Assembly (NCBI GenBank): GCA_004431415.1
Contig: QPMI01000569.1
Location: forward strand, 1-64,000
Direction of reading: 5' to 3'
Length of the DNA stretch: 64,000 bases
DNA from: Cyanophora paradoxa CCMP329
Taxonomy: Eukaryota; Plantae; Glaucophyta
In this document: positions 13,201 through 24,841 of the stretch, piece after piece
Layout: each line of letters starts with the position of its first letter
Numbering within the stretch: position 1 is the stretch's first letter
Position numbers and translations under genes: made by a program
Notes under the pieces: model-generated
What the model was told of the DNA's origin: nothing
Databases searched by the model: none
The model's input: only the letters and a program-made list of their open reading frames with translations

Positions 13201-14898
13201 CGCGTACCCCGCCGCCAGACGAGTGCTCGGTGCTGCCGAACGGCGGCTGCGACCCCCACACGACGTGCACCAACACGCCGGGGGTACGGAGTTGTCGGGT
13301 TTTTCATACAGGACTGTCCGTACCCTCCTCACTTCTTCTCCAGGGTTATGAGTGCGGGGTCTGCCCAGTGGGCTGGACCGGAGACGGGAAGACGGGGTGC
13401 AAGGGTACGTCTATTTCGCTTTGTTTCGTTCGCTTCGCCCGCTGCGGTCCGAGCCGGCGCCCCGCGCAGACGTCGACGAGTGTGCTCCAGGGCAGAAGAA
13501 CCCCTGCGACCCGCTTTCCAAGGCAGGCAAATCCATCTCCTGCCCAACGCCCCGGCTGACGCCGTACCCCCGCAGTGCGAGAACACGCAGGGAGGGTACC
13601 AGTGCGGTCCGTGCCCGCCGGGGTACGACGGCGACGGCGCGGCGGGCTGCCGCCTCGCCGCCCCCAAGACAGTCTGGCCGGCCCCGCAACCGCAACCGGA
13701 GGCGGCGAAGGCGAAGGAGGCGGCAGGGGTAGAGAAAGAGGAGGCGGGGGGGAGGGCGGCGATGGCCGTGCCGGAGCCGGAGCCGGGCTCCTCCGTGTGG
13801 GCCACCCCCAAGGGCGCCCGGGGCGCGGCGACGGCGGCGGCGGAGGAGGAGGAGGAGGAGGGGGAGGAGGAAGAAGCCCCCGAAAAGGAGGAGGAGGCGG
13901 AGGAGGCGGAGGAGGCAGAGGGCGGCCCGGGGGCGGGGACGACGAGGTGGGGGAGCCACCCGGCAGCACCTGCCGAGCCGCCCGCCCCGGCGCCGGCCCC
14001 CGCGTCCGCCGCGGCACCGCCGGCGGCACCGCCGGCACCGGCACCGGCTTCGGCCGCGGCGGCGCCTTCCGCCCCGACACCTCCCGTCCCCACGCCCTCT
14101 CCAGCGATCTCCGCCCCCGCCCCCGCGCCAGCGCCAGCGCCGGCGGCGGCGGCTGCGGGCGCCTCGGCCGCCTCGGCGGCGCGGGGGGCGGCGGGGAGGG
14201 GGCCACCCGGCGGGGCCGGCGTTCGCGGGGGCGGACCGGGATGGGGACGGCGTGCTCACGTACGACGAGCTCCTCGCCGCCCGCGTCGGCACCCCCGCCG
14301 AGGCGCGCCCCGCCGGCGCCCCGCCCCGCCCTGGGCGCCGCTCAGCGTGGCCCGTGGGGCGCAGGTGGAGGTGTTCCTGGCGCACGCGGACACGGCCCCG
14401 CGCAACCTCGTCGTCACCGTCGCCGAGGCACTCGCCCTCCTCGTGCGCCCGCCCCGGCGCATAGGGGGGAGGGCCCGAGCCAAGAGCGAGATGGGAGGGC
14501 GGAGGAGGGCGGCGAGCGCGGGAGGGGTCGCGGGGCGACTGACGGTCGAGGCGGCGGCGCAGGCGGCGTCGAAGGGCGCGGGGGCGGGGGCGGCCCTCCG
14601 CGTGGACGACGAGCCGGAGGCGCTGCAGGGCTACCTGGTCCGCCCGCTTCCCCGGCCCCTCCACTTGCTGCCCCGCGTGCCCGTGCTTTGTGCCGACGGC
14701 GGCGCGCAGGACCTCTGGTCGCCCGAGGCCGGCGCCGGCGGCATGGAGGCCTGGCCGGAGCTGGAGGCCGAGGCGGGGGCCCCGGGGGCGGCGCGGGGCC
14801 TCGTCGTGGGGGAGGAGGCGGCGGGGGACTGGGACGCTCCCGCCGCCTCGGGGGCGTGCGACGAGGGCCCCCACCAGACCGACTGCGACTTCGCCTAG
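10258..14898 (+). CDS. calcium-binding EGF-repeat protein (about 13-14 EGF modules) with acidic/Pro-Ala linker and C-terminal EF-hand
   Basis: Repeated D(V/I)DEC...CxNTxGSF/YxCxxCxxGY motifs from 10497 to 13650 split by short introns; EF-hand loop DRDGDGVLTYDE at 14234-14269; stop TAG at 14898. Confidence 0.85.
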
Positions 14899-15429
14899 GC
14901 GGCACCGGGCAGCCTCGTGATCACTGCGCGCAAGTTCAATGCACTGATGCATATATGCAATTTCCACTGGTGCCAGGCGAGGCTGGAGGCCGCGCGCGCA
15001 CCGCGCGGCCCGAAAATCACGTGCACCGAGTTAGTGGCCATCGGACGTCGACTCTACCGCAGCTGCAGTGCACCGTGCTGGTCCGTCGTGCACCACGCGA
15101 AAGACCGTCGGACACCTTGATGCTTCGATCGCCCCGCCGATGCAACTTGGCAATATGTATTATTGAAATCGATTTTCGAAACTTGCGTTCGAAATCTTCG
15201 ACGACATCATCATGATACTATGATACTATGCATATGCATATGATAAGCCTTAAGCTTCAGCTTCGGCCAAAGAAAAAACCGTGAATTCGAAACTTGAAAT
15301 TTCTTGAAAGGCTTAGCGCCTTCGACTCGAGCACTGCGGCACTGCAGCGGCAGAAGTTACTCAAGCCTGCCTAGGGCCCTATAGGCTAGGCCTTCAAGAC
15401 CTTCGAATTCTCACTGCGAATTCGAATTT

Positions 15430-15701
15430 CGACGTCGACCTGGCGGCCCAATTAGTGGGGCCATTTCTCTAGATCTGCTCGATTTCTCGTCTCTTCTCGA
15501 TCTGTCTCGAGCTCTGTGTCTTTTCTTTTTTATTGTCGATTTTGGCTCTTTGTCTTATGTTATGGACGCGTTGCGACCCGGACCCAGCCGGAGTCGAACC
15601 AACGACTAAGGGGTGTCAAGGCGGCAGTTCTACCAATAGGCCATCTCGCGAGAGGCTAGTGATTCCCCGAATCATCCCGGGTCCTCACACTGCACGCAAC
15701 A
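15430..15701. repeat. 272-bp direct repeat, copy 1 (flank + LTR); copy 2 is at 16975-17246
   Basis: Identical sequence at an offset of 1545 bp. Confidence 0.95.
15590..15643 (-). promoter_or_regulatory. tRNA-type RNA polymerase III internal promoter (A box + B box) in the LTR; second copy at 17135-17188
   Basis: Minus strand TGGCCTATTGG (A-box-like), 32 nt, then GGTTCGACTCC (consensus B box) inside a T-arm-like stem GTTGG-TTCGACT-CCGGC. Confidence 0.7.
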
Positions 15702-16974
15702 TCCCCCCCGCCACGGTGCTATACAAATGAATTCGCACACACCAAGACAAATGGCTAGGGATATGACTGCAGTGTCCATCTGTGTCAAGTCGAGAGATGA
15801 GCCTACGGGAACAAGCCTTTCGGACATCGGACCGGGTGGAGCTATTGTACTGGAGAAAGGGGCCTATACCTGCCTAGAAGCACTGCCTACACCTGCCTAG
15901 AGAGCCGAAGCAGAGCAGAGCTACTATAACCCCCCTCAGGACAAGGGCGCCTACAGAGAGGACCGATGTATAAGCGAGGATGAGGTCGAAGCGGCTGAGC
16001 CTGAACTATAGCCCTCAATTTGGCAGGGAAGAAGCGCACTAAGAGAGCAAGGCCGACTAACCCCAGGGAGGGCCGGAAACCGGAGCCCGTGAGAGCCCGG
16101 GTGAAAACCGGCAGGCGCACAGCATCGCCGGCCGCAGCCGGCGACCTGTGCTCCTCGGCCGAGAGATACCTCCTCCAGCTGGCGCGCGCGCGCGCGGAGT
16201 CCGCTGCGGCGGGGGTTGGGAGGCCCCGGGCCGCCCGAGTGCTCAGAAGCACGTCGCCTCGCCAGGAATCCAAGCATCTGTGCGGCCGCGACGCCCACGG
16301 CCGCGACGCGGGCGTGCACTCACACGACCGACGATCATCTGCGCGGGCGCAGCGCAGGTCGCCGGCCCCATAGCCGCGGGCGGCCGATCGCTGCCGCAGA
16401 GAAGTGCTTGGGCTGAACGAGAGAGCAGCTGCTGAAGCCGCCGCTGGTGTCCGCTGGAGTAGCTCGCCGAACCGACCCACGGAGCGGATTCCTAACGGAC
16501 GCGCGGCTAACCAGCTAGAGGAGGGCTAAAGGCACCGCCGAGGCGATTCGCGGCAGCCGGAGAGGCGCCCAGCGGGCAGGAGCCCGCTACCTACTTTCTC
16601 TCCAGGTCGGGGTACGCGAATCCCCCCGCCACGGTGATCTCGACCCCGAGATCCTTCCGTGCGGTTCCATTGCTGCATTTCACCTCACAACTCGCGATCT
16701 CAACCTCGGTCACATGCCGCACGTGACACCCACTCATGATCACACAGCCGCAACTGCCGCTTTTTCCGCGCGCGCAGTTTCTAGGCTCTTCGGCGGCCAC
16801 CGATGCAGGTGCCGGGCTTATCGGGGTACCGCGATGCAGCGGCCCTCAGCCAGCGCTTCCTAGCGCCCCGCGTGGGATTCGAAGCCCGGTCTATCCCTCG
16901 TCGGGAGTCGAACCAGGTCCGTTAGCAGCCCCCATGTTATGGACGCGTTGCGACCCGGACCCAGCCGGAGTCGA

Positions 16975-17246
16975 CGACGTCGACCTGGCGGCCCAATTAG
17001 TGGGGCCATTTCTCTAGATCTGCTCGATTTCTCGTCTCTTCTCGATCTGTCTCGAGCTCTGTGTCTTTTCTTTTTTATTGTCGATTTTGGCTCTTTGTCT
17101 TATGTTATGGACGCGTTGCGACCCGGACCCAGCCGGAGTCGAACCAACGACTAAGGGGTGTCAAGGCGGCAGTTCTACCAATAGGCCATCTCGCGAGAGG
17201 CTAGTGATTCCCCGAATCATCCCGGGTCCTCACACTGCACGCAACA
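16975..17246. repeat. 272-bp direct repeat, copy 2 (flank + LTR)
   Basis: Matches 15430-15701. Confidence 0.95.
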
Positions 17247-18907
17247 CTTATCTTTCTTCGTGCTCTTGTCTTAGTTCTTTTGCTTTTTTGTCTTTATGCC
17301 CCCTGGGCAGCCCCCGCAGTGCCACGGTGCTGGTGTCTATAGCTAGAGACTGTGGCCGGTAATTCACCAAAAAAAAGGGGCCATTTCGAATTTTATATTC
17401 GGCGTCTTACATTTGTTCGCGGTCGTCATGATCACGGGCGTCGAGTCGCCATCGACGTTAGACCGTCTGACGCGGTCAAACTTGAAAGTTGAAACCTGGA
17501 ACTTGAAAGTCCCGACCGTCGGACTCGGGCGAACCCCCATATCCCATTTTCCGAACATGTGCCACCTGCGCATGCCACGGTGCACGCGCGCCGCGCGCGC
17601 CCGGTGCGGCGCCGCAGCGGCGGTGCGCGCGCCGATCGCGATGATCATGATGCGTCGAGTCGCCGTCGACGGCGCTCGACGCGTCGGTGCACCGCGAAAT
17701 GCGCATGCGCCGTTTAGATGCCGTTTTAAAATTTCAAGTTTTTTATATTTTTTAGATTGTGACAGCCGCGGCCCGCCGGCGCCAGCTAGGCCGCGCCGGC
17801 CGCGGCGGATCCGGACTCGGGATGACCGTCGGACGGTCTTCGTACCAGATGCTACGGTAGTGATCGGGAGTTTCATGATCACGTGGCGCGGGAGGAGCCG
17901 CGGGATGGATGCCCTTCCGCCCAGAAGCCACCTTTCTACCTCCTTCCCCCCTTCCGATGCGAATTGGCCGGCTTGCCCAAAAAGTCGATGTGAAAAAAAG
18001 ACAAAAAAACGCGCCGTTTCAGGGACGGACTCAAACACGACACCGGAGTCCTGACCGAAGCTGATGCATGCATGCGCATAATCATATTGGCCGGGGGGTA
18101 GATCCTGCTGCGCCTAGGCTAGGCTTAGCCGCTGTCATGAGCTCGAGCTGCGCCGCTGCGAGCTCGAGTACCGTGAATCCGTGATACGCTCTGCTACGCA
18201 ACGAATCCCGTAGCCGCCGGTTCTTATCGCTCCCTTGAAGAGTCCCTTCAAGCTCCAGGCTCCAGCTAGTCTCACACGCCGCGGCGTTGACGTTCAACGT
18301 CGATCATCGACATCATAGTAGTACGTGCACCTTGTTCAGCGCCGGCGCCTCGAATTCATGATCAGGCCTGAGCTCGAGGCTTCCCGCGCACCGCGCAGAG
18401 TCGATTTATCATAGTATAGCTAGCTCCCGGGGGCCGTGCCCACGCGCACGTGCACAGCGACGCTCTGGCGTAATGTCACTATCCTAGGCCTGCTGATCGA
18501 CTGGCCCACCAGCGGCGCGGCTGCAGCCACCGGGCATCTCAGTGTGACAGCTTCTACTAGGCTAGCGCAGCTGCAGCTGCGGCGCACGTCTACATCAGCG
18601 GGCCGCGCCGGCAGGAGCGCTAACAGCTGCGCGGCGCGCGGCCGCGGAGACGCGCCCGGCCCTTGAGGGGACGCGTACGGGCCGCGTCACTGCGGTGGCG
18701 ATGGAGCAGGACATGAGCGATGAGGATTTTCTCCGCCTGCCGGGTGCAGGTGCGTCTCAGCCTGCAGCCGCGCCCGCCAGCGGTCATGATCAGATCGCGT
18801 CTCCCTGCGAGCCGGCATTAGACCGCGGCTCCGATCGCTCCCAGCGCATCTGCATGTGATCATGACAGGACGGGGTCTGACCCCTCGCTCGTCGCGCTGC
18901 AGAGCCG

Positions 18908-21900
18908 ATGGACGTCGGCGTCTCCTGGCACGGCGTCGGCGAGCTGGAATTTCAGGGGCGCTCGGCGACGGACGCGAGCGACGGGATGTCGACTGTGCCG
19001 GGCAGCCCCGAGCGGGACCGCGACGGCGAGGGCGCCGCCAAGGAGCGGCGCGAGTCCACCTCCAGCTCCCTGCAGCTGCCCACAGACAAATTCCTCTCGA
19101 TTCTCGGTGCGTTTGCGCTCCTGCGCATGCGCATGCGCCCCGCGGCCGCGGCCGGCATGGAGCGCGCACTTTTCAAATTTGATTCGAAGCGCTGATTACA
19201 AAAACGTTAACTAATTAATATTCGCGTCGTGTGACATTCGTTCAGACCACCGGGGCTTCGGGGCGTCGGGCTTCGGGGTGAAGCTGGAGCCGCGCGAGGC
19301 GCGCCTGACGAGCGTCGGCTCGGACCGGGACCTCGAGGCCGGCTTCGAGTTCGGCTTCTTCCCCTCGGAGCGCGCGCACCCCGCCGCCGTCCAGATACCG
19401 GTCCGTCCCACATGCACACCTGCAAGGCTGGAACCCGAATAGATTTGATCGGGCGGGGGGGCCGGCGCGGGCGCAGACGTTCTCGCAGGGGAGCGTGAGC
19501 CATCTGCCGCCCCTCGAGATCGACTCGTTCCGCTCCTCCTCCCCCCACGGCCACGAGCGCTCCGCCGGCGCCGCGGGGCCGGCCGCCTCGTCCGCGGGGG
19601 GCCGCCCGCGATCGGGATCGGGGCCGGGGCCGGCCTCGGGGCCGGCGGGCCCCCTCGCGTACTCGAGCTTGCCGGCGTCGCCCGCCGAGTCTCCGCCCGT
19701 CCCCAGCCCGCACGCCTGCGGGATCAAGCAGGAGCGCGCCGCGGCCTCCTCGCCCCGCCTCGGCCTCCTCTCCCTGCAGCTCCCGCCCGGCGAGACCCTC
19801 CCGAACCTCAAGCGGCGGAGGAGCGTCGACTCGAACGCGGGGAGCGTCAGCTCGCCCCGCATCTCCGCGTCGGGGCGCGCCAACGCCGGCGGCGGCGGCG
19901 GCGGCGGGGCCGGGGCGGGGCGGGAGGGGGCGGGCTCGGAGGAGGAGGAGGAGGAGGACGAGGACACGGGGGCGGACGCGGAAGAGGGTAGCGACGAGCA
20001 GGAGCCCGACAGCCCCGGCGGCGAGGCGCGCCCCGCCCCGCCCCGGCCCGCCCCGCCGCGCACCGCCGGCGGCTGACGGTGGCTGGGGGCGGGCAGGGGG
20101 CGTGGGGCTCGGCGAGCTGCAAGGAGAAGAAGGTCCCCTTCGAGCAGCTCCTGCCCCTCATGGGCCGCTCCCTCGCCCAGGTCCCCTCTCCGCTTCCGAC
20201 TAAATCTAAACATCGCATCCGAAGACTTGATCGTAACTCGGCGGGGGCGCAGGCGGCGAAGGCGCTGAACATGTGCCCGACGACGCTGAAGAAGATCTGC
20301 CGGCGGTACGGGATCTCGCGCTGGCCCTCCCGCAAGCTCCACCGCATCGCCCGCGAGGCCAAGCTCGACACCGAGGGCCTCCTCAAGTCCGGCGGGTCCG
20401 CCCGTGCCGCCCCGCCGCCCCGCCCCGCCCCGCCCCCGATCGCGAGCCGGGCTTTTCCTTCCACGGCTGCGAATAAGAACCACTAGCTATATATATATAG
20501 AGCTCGAGCCCACTCCATCATCGGGGAAGTGTTCTAGAGAGCTCGAAGTAATTATAAATTCCGAGCTGGCTCGCGCGCACGGCCCTGACGCGAGGAATTG
20601 CACCGCGCAGGCTGGAGACGCTGCTGGTGGAGTCGGGGATCCGCAAGGTCAACTCGATCGCATTCACCCGCAAAGGTCCGGCCGCCTACGCGGACCCCGT
20701 CTAGAGAGAATATACAAATGAATAAATTGGTTTAATTTCTTTGATTTGTTGGCCGAGAAAATGCGTCGAATTTCGATGTAATTCGAGTTCCCTGCCGCAT
20801 CTCCTAAATCTACTCGGCAGACCTGATGCCGAAGCGGATGATGGCCTCGCAGCAGCAGCAGCAGCAGCAGCCGTGGACGACTCAGGCCCACCAGGCCTCC
20901 CAGCAGGCCGCCCAGCAGGCCGCCTCGGGGCCCAAGGGGCACCCCCCGACCCGCAGCGCCACCGCCGCCGCCGCCGCCGGCGCCGCCGCCGCCGGCACCT
21001 CCCCGGAGCTGCGGGGGCAGCAGGGGCCGTCGCCCCGGCAGGGGCCGGTCCCGACCGCGGCCGCCGGCGCCGTGAGCGTCGTGCCGCTCAAGTCCGGATC
21101 CCCCGCGTCGTGGCCGCCGCCTCGTCGGCGCAGACGTGCGCGGGGCCCCGCCCGCTCCCCCCGGCGCCGCGCTCGCCATCGCCTCTTCCGCCGTCGCGGC
21201 GCGCACTCCGCCCACCGGCCCACCGTCCCCGCCGCCGCCTCCCCGCCGGCCGCCGCCCTGCCCCGCCGGCCCTCGGCCTGCCCCCCGCCCCCTCGGTCCC
21301 GGCGCCCTGGCCGCGCATGCGCATGCGCAGGCGGCTGCGATGTCGACGCCGCCGCTGGGCCCGGCGAATGCGGCGGGGAGCCCGGAGGAGGGCGGGGCGG
21401 CGGGCTCGCACTCGTCGCCGCCGCCGTCGCTGATGGACGAGGAGGAGGAGCAGGACGCCTCGGTGGACCCCGTGCTCCCCGCCCCGCCCCGCCCCGCCCC
21501 GGCCCGGCCCCCGCGTCCTCCTCACGCCGCGGGCCGCGGCCGGCGCAGGGGACGGTCGTCTCCGTGAAGGTCACCTTCGGCTGCTGCGGCGAGATCATGC
21601 GCTTCCGCGCCTGCCCCCAGGTCCGAACGAGATCGAGAATAGAATAAACATCCAGCACCCTGGCCCAGGGAATTCGGCGCTCGCGTTGATCGCGAGTGCA
21701 GCGGACGACGCTGGGGCAGGTGGAGCGGCGCGTCGCCGAGGGCTGCTCCCGCCTCGCCGCCTGCCCGCGCCCCCACGCCTACAAGCTCCGCTTCACCGAC
21801 GAGGACGGCGACCAGGCCCGTCCCCCCGGCCCCGGGCCCCGCCGTCTTAGTCTCGTTTTAGCTCGCAGCCGGCGCCTTGAGCTTGAGCTTGAGCTTCCTG

Positions 21901-22241
21901 CCAGTTGAACTCGCGGCTGACGTCGGGTTGGCTCGCAGGTCATTCTGAACCGCCCGGCGGATCTGCAGGAGATGTTCTCCATCGCCACCGCCCACATGGG
22001 CCGCAAGGTGAGACGAGCCACCCCTAGGATCTCAAGCCTGCCTTCTTTCTAGCCGGCCTGCAGCTGGCCCGAGATGAATGACCGCTCGCTCGCTTGCAAT
22101 TGGCTGACTCGCTCGCGCGCGCGGCTGCGGCAGGCGCTGATCAAGGCGCTGCCGTCGTTCAACAGCGCGGACGCCCCCGCGCAGCCGACGTCGGCATCGA
22201 ACCCGGCGCCCAACGCCGCCCCCGCCGGCACCTGGTGCTAG
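18908..22241 (+). CDS. RWP-RK transcription factor with C-terminal PB1 domain (NIN/NLP-like architecture)
   Basis: [16 protein letters not shown]|[29 protein letters not shown] (RWP-RK); VSVKVTFG...IMRFR...[12 protein letters not shown]|[13 protein letters not shown] (PB1); poly-Q segment; stop TAG 22239-22241. Confidence 0.88.
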
Positions 22242-24841
22242 CGCTAGGGGTCGCGCACGCCGACCGCCGGGCCGTCTGCGAGCGTCCAAGCCATGCCCAG
22301 CTGCAGCCAGCTGCAGATCGCCCTTCGGATCGATATCGGAGGATTAATCCGAATTTCCACGGCGCCATCGATATATTTATATCACGAGAAGCCGTTGTAC
22401 CACCACCGACTTGTAGCAGCCCGCTCAGCAGCAGCAGCAGATTCCGTTTCCTTCTATGCATTTCTCAGCAGCAGATAGGTGTAGGCATTCATTATTCCGC
22501 CCTCGAACGGCTGTTTCAACATCAGCAGAGAGGCGAGCAGGTGAAGATCGCGATCCGCGACCATTATCACACAGCGAGCACCTGCGGAAATGTAGATCGC
22601 GTCAGACGGGGATTTGAAGCATAATTTATATATCACTCTGGTAATTATATATAGCAGTTTCCTTTCTCAGTTTTTTTCCGAGCTAAGCTGCCTTCAAATT
22701 CTATAGCTAGTTCAGCTCGTGCAGGAGCCAGCAATTACAAGCGCAGGTCCTGCTTTTCCAATCGAATGCTCATGACGCTCTTTACGTATACGTACGCATT
22801 TACCCATGTACATATTTAACGTATACGACAGAGGTTTTTCATCTAGACCATTTACATGTAGTTGCCCTCGAGCTCAACGCGTATAAAATTTCCAAGCCAG
22901 TAATAGTGCACGGTGCGCATCGACATTTATCGGGCGCAGCAGTAGTCTTCAGAAGGCTTCTGCCAGTAGCCCGTTTCATCGATATCTCCAGGCCGCGGGC
23001 CCAGACAAAGGCCTACGGAAACTTTATGAAGGCTTAGGAGTTTCTCGTTCCAGCTTTTCAGCCCGGCGCCCGACCAGGCCTCGCGCCTGGCGGCCCTGGC
23101 CACGGCCCAGTGGAACTGGATCCGGAGGCCTCTTAGAGGCCAGGCAGGAATCGTCCAACCCGTTGGCAGCCGCGCGGCTCCTGTAAAGCACCCCGCCGCG
23201 CGGCGAGCCTTGATTCAAGAGTTGTGCTGACCGCAGCGAGCGATATACAAGAGCTTGAATTTTTTGACGTGGGTTTTCTGGATTGTGACCTGTTTCGGAT
23301 CGACGTTTTGATGTCATTTTAGCTATAGGTCTTAGTAAGCTAGAGTCAGCCCTGAACTCACGCTCCTCCTTTCCCTTTCAACGCGGTTTTGTTTCTTAGT
23401 TACAGCCAGCCTGGCAGCTGCAGAAAGCTCATGATCAGGCTTGTACAGAGTCCGCCGATCAGAGGCGCGTATACGTAACATTTCGAGAATCAATATGAAA
23501 TATGCAGCTCAAGCTTTATAATTAGCAGATCTGATACACATGCACTGCGCGCCGCGGTGGGAGCTCGAGCTCGAGCATATGCACGCGCCTGTCTCGAACT
23601 CGACACGCGCACGTTCGATTTCTGCAGCGCTAGCAGGCCGACCTGCAGCTGGTGCACGTGCCCGTCCCGCGCGCGGCCGCTCTAGATCTCGAGCTTAAGC
23701 TGAATGATCATGAATATGCGTTTATAATACATGAAATATTGATTCAGCGCGGCCCCGGGATTTAAATTTGGAGGGCCTAGCACGCGCATTGCCGGCGCCG
23801 CGGGCCGGGCGCGTCCTGGAGTCCGACCCCGGCCCGCCCCGCAGGGCACCGGCCCAGCGGCCGCGGGGGGGTCAAGGCCCGCCGGGCCGCCCCGCAGCCT
23901 GGGCCGCAGGGTGCCGGCCCCCGGCCCCGCGCGCGCCGTGGCGCGCGCGCGCCCCCTCGAGCTCAGCGCTAGCCCCGGCCGGGGCGCCCTAGGCCTCGCT
24001 CGCCCGGGCGCCCCAGCTGCAGGCCCGGCGGCCGCGGCCGGGATGCACGCCGGCACTGGCCGCGGACCGGACTCCGGGAGCTCGATCAAGCACGACTCGA
24101 CTCTGCTGCACGAGTCCCGGCCCTGGGCGGGGACTCTATCTCCGAGTCGACGTCACTGACGTAACAGTGACGTTGCACATGAATGGCGTGCCGTCGATTC
24201 GGGGGCCCGGATAGTCCATAAAGCGTTTCCTTTCATCGAGGGGGGTACGTATACGCATGCGAAGGCCTGCCGAGCTAGTCGGCACCATGGTCGGCACCGT
24301 CGGCGTTAGTCGCCATCTGCAGCGGCTGGGACCCGGGAGTCTCTGCAGGACGCGATACGCGTACCGTATCGCGATCCCGCACCGCGACGTCGACGGTCGG
24401 TCTTCTCAAAGTTCTCACGCGCAACGCACGAGCGCGGTTCTTAGAAAGCCAGCTCGGCGACGAGCCTCGGAGGCCAGCAGGAAGGATCCCGGGCAGCAGC
24501 TCCCGAGGCCGTCTCTGTGCCTCCCCACGCACTCTCGCGGCGTTACAGCTGCAGCTGTGGACTCGGTAACGCCACTGGCGGCCGCGGCTGCGGCCGGCCT
24601 CGGCGTCGAGGCGACGTCGGCGGTCGCTTTCGGCGACACGCGTGCGTTCGGTCGTGCGTAGCGACGCACGTACTTCAACATACGGCGACCACCAGCTGAA
24701 CAGGTCGTGGCCGCGGCCGAGACACATGTTCCATCAGCAATGCGCGAGTATGCGAGACGATGTCGCGGGAGCAATGCGCTGGAGGCGCGCCGCGGCAGCA
24801 GTGGCGGGCCCTGCAGACGCAGCGCCTCCAGAGGGCCTCGG

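Larger units (their letters stand above)
15558..17246 (-). mobile_element. non-autonomous LTR retroelement (TRIM-like) with 144-bp LTRs and 4-bp TSD CTTA
   Basis: Identical TGTT...AACA repeats at 15558-15701 and 17103-17246, plus a partial copy at 16935-16974. CTTA at 15554-15557 and 17247-17250. Polypurine tract on the minus strand at 15702-15713; PBS-like TGGGGGCTGC on the minus strand next to 16934. No gag/pol ORF. Confidence 0.85.

Noticed and set aside
15580-15655. Functional tRNA gene in the LTR
   Set aside because: A/B boxes and T-arm are present, but there is no anticodon stem and no correctly positioned acceptor stem.
15702-16934. gag/pol coding capacity inside the LTR element
   Set aside because: Only short ORFs, with no zinc knuckle, protease, RT (YxDD) or integrase motifs.
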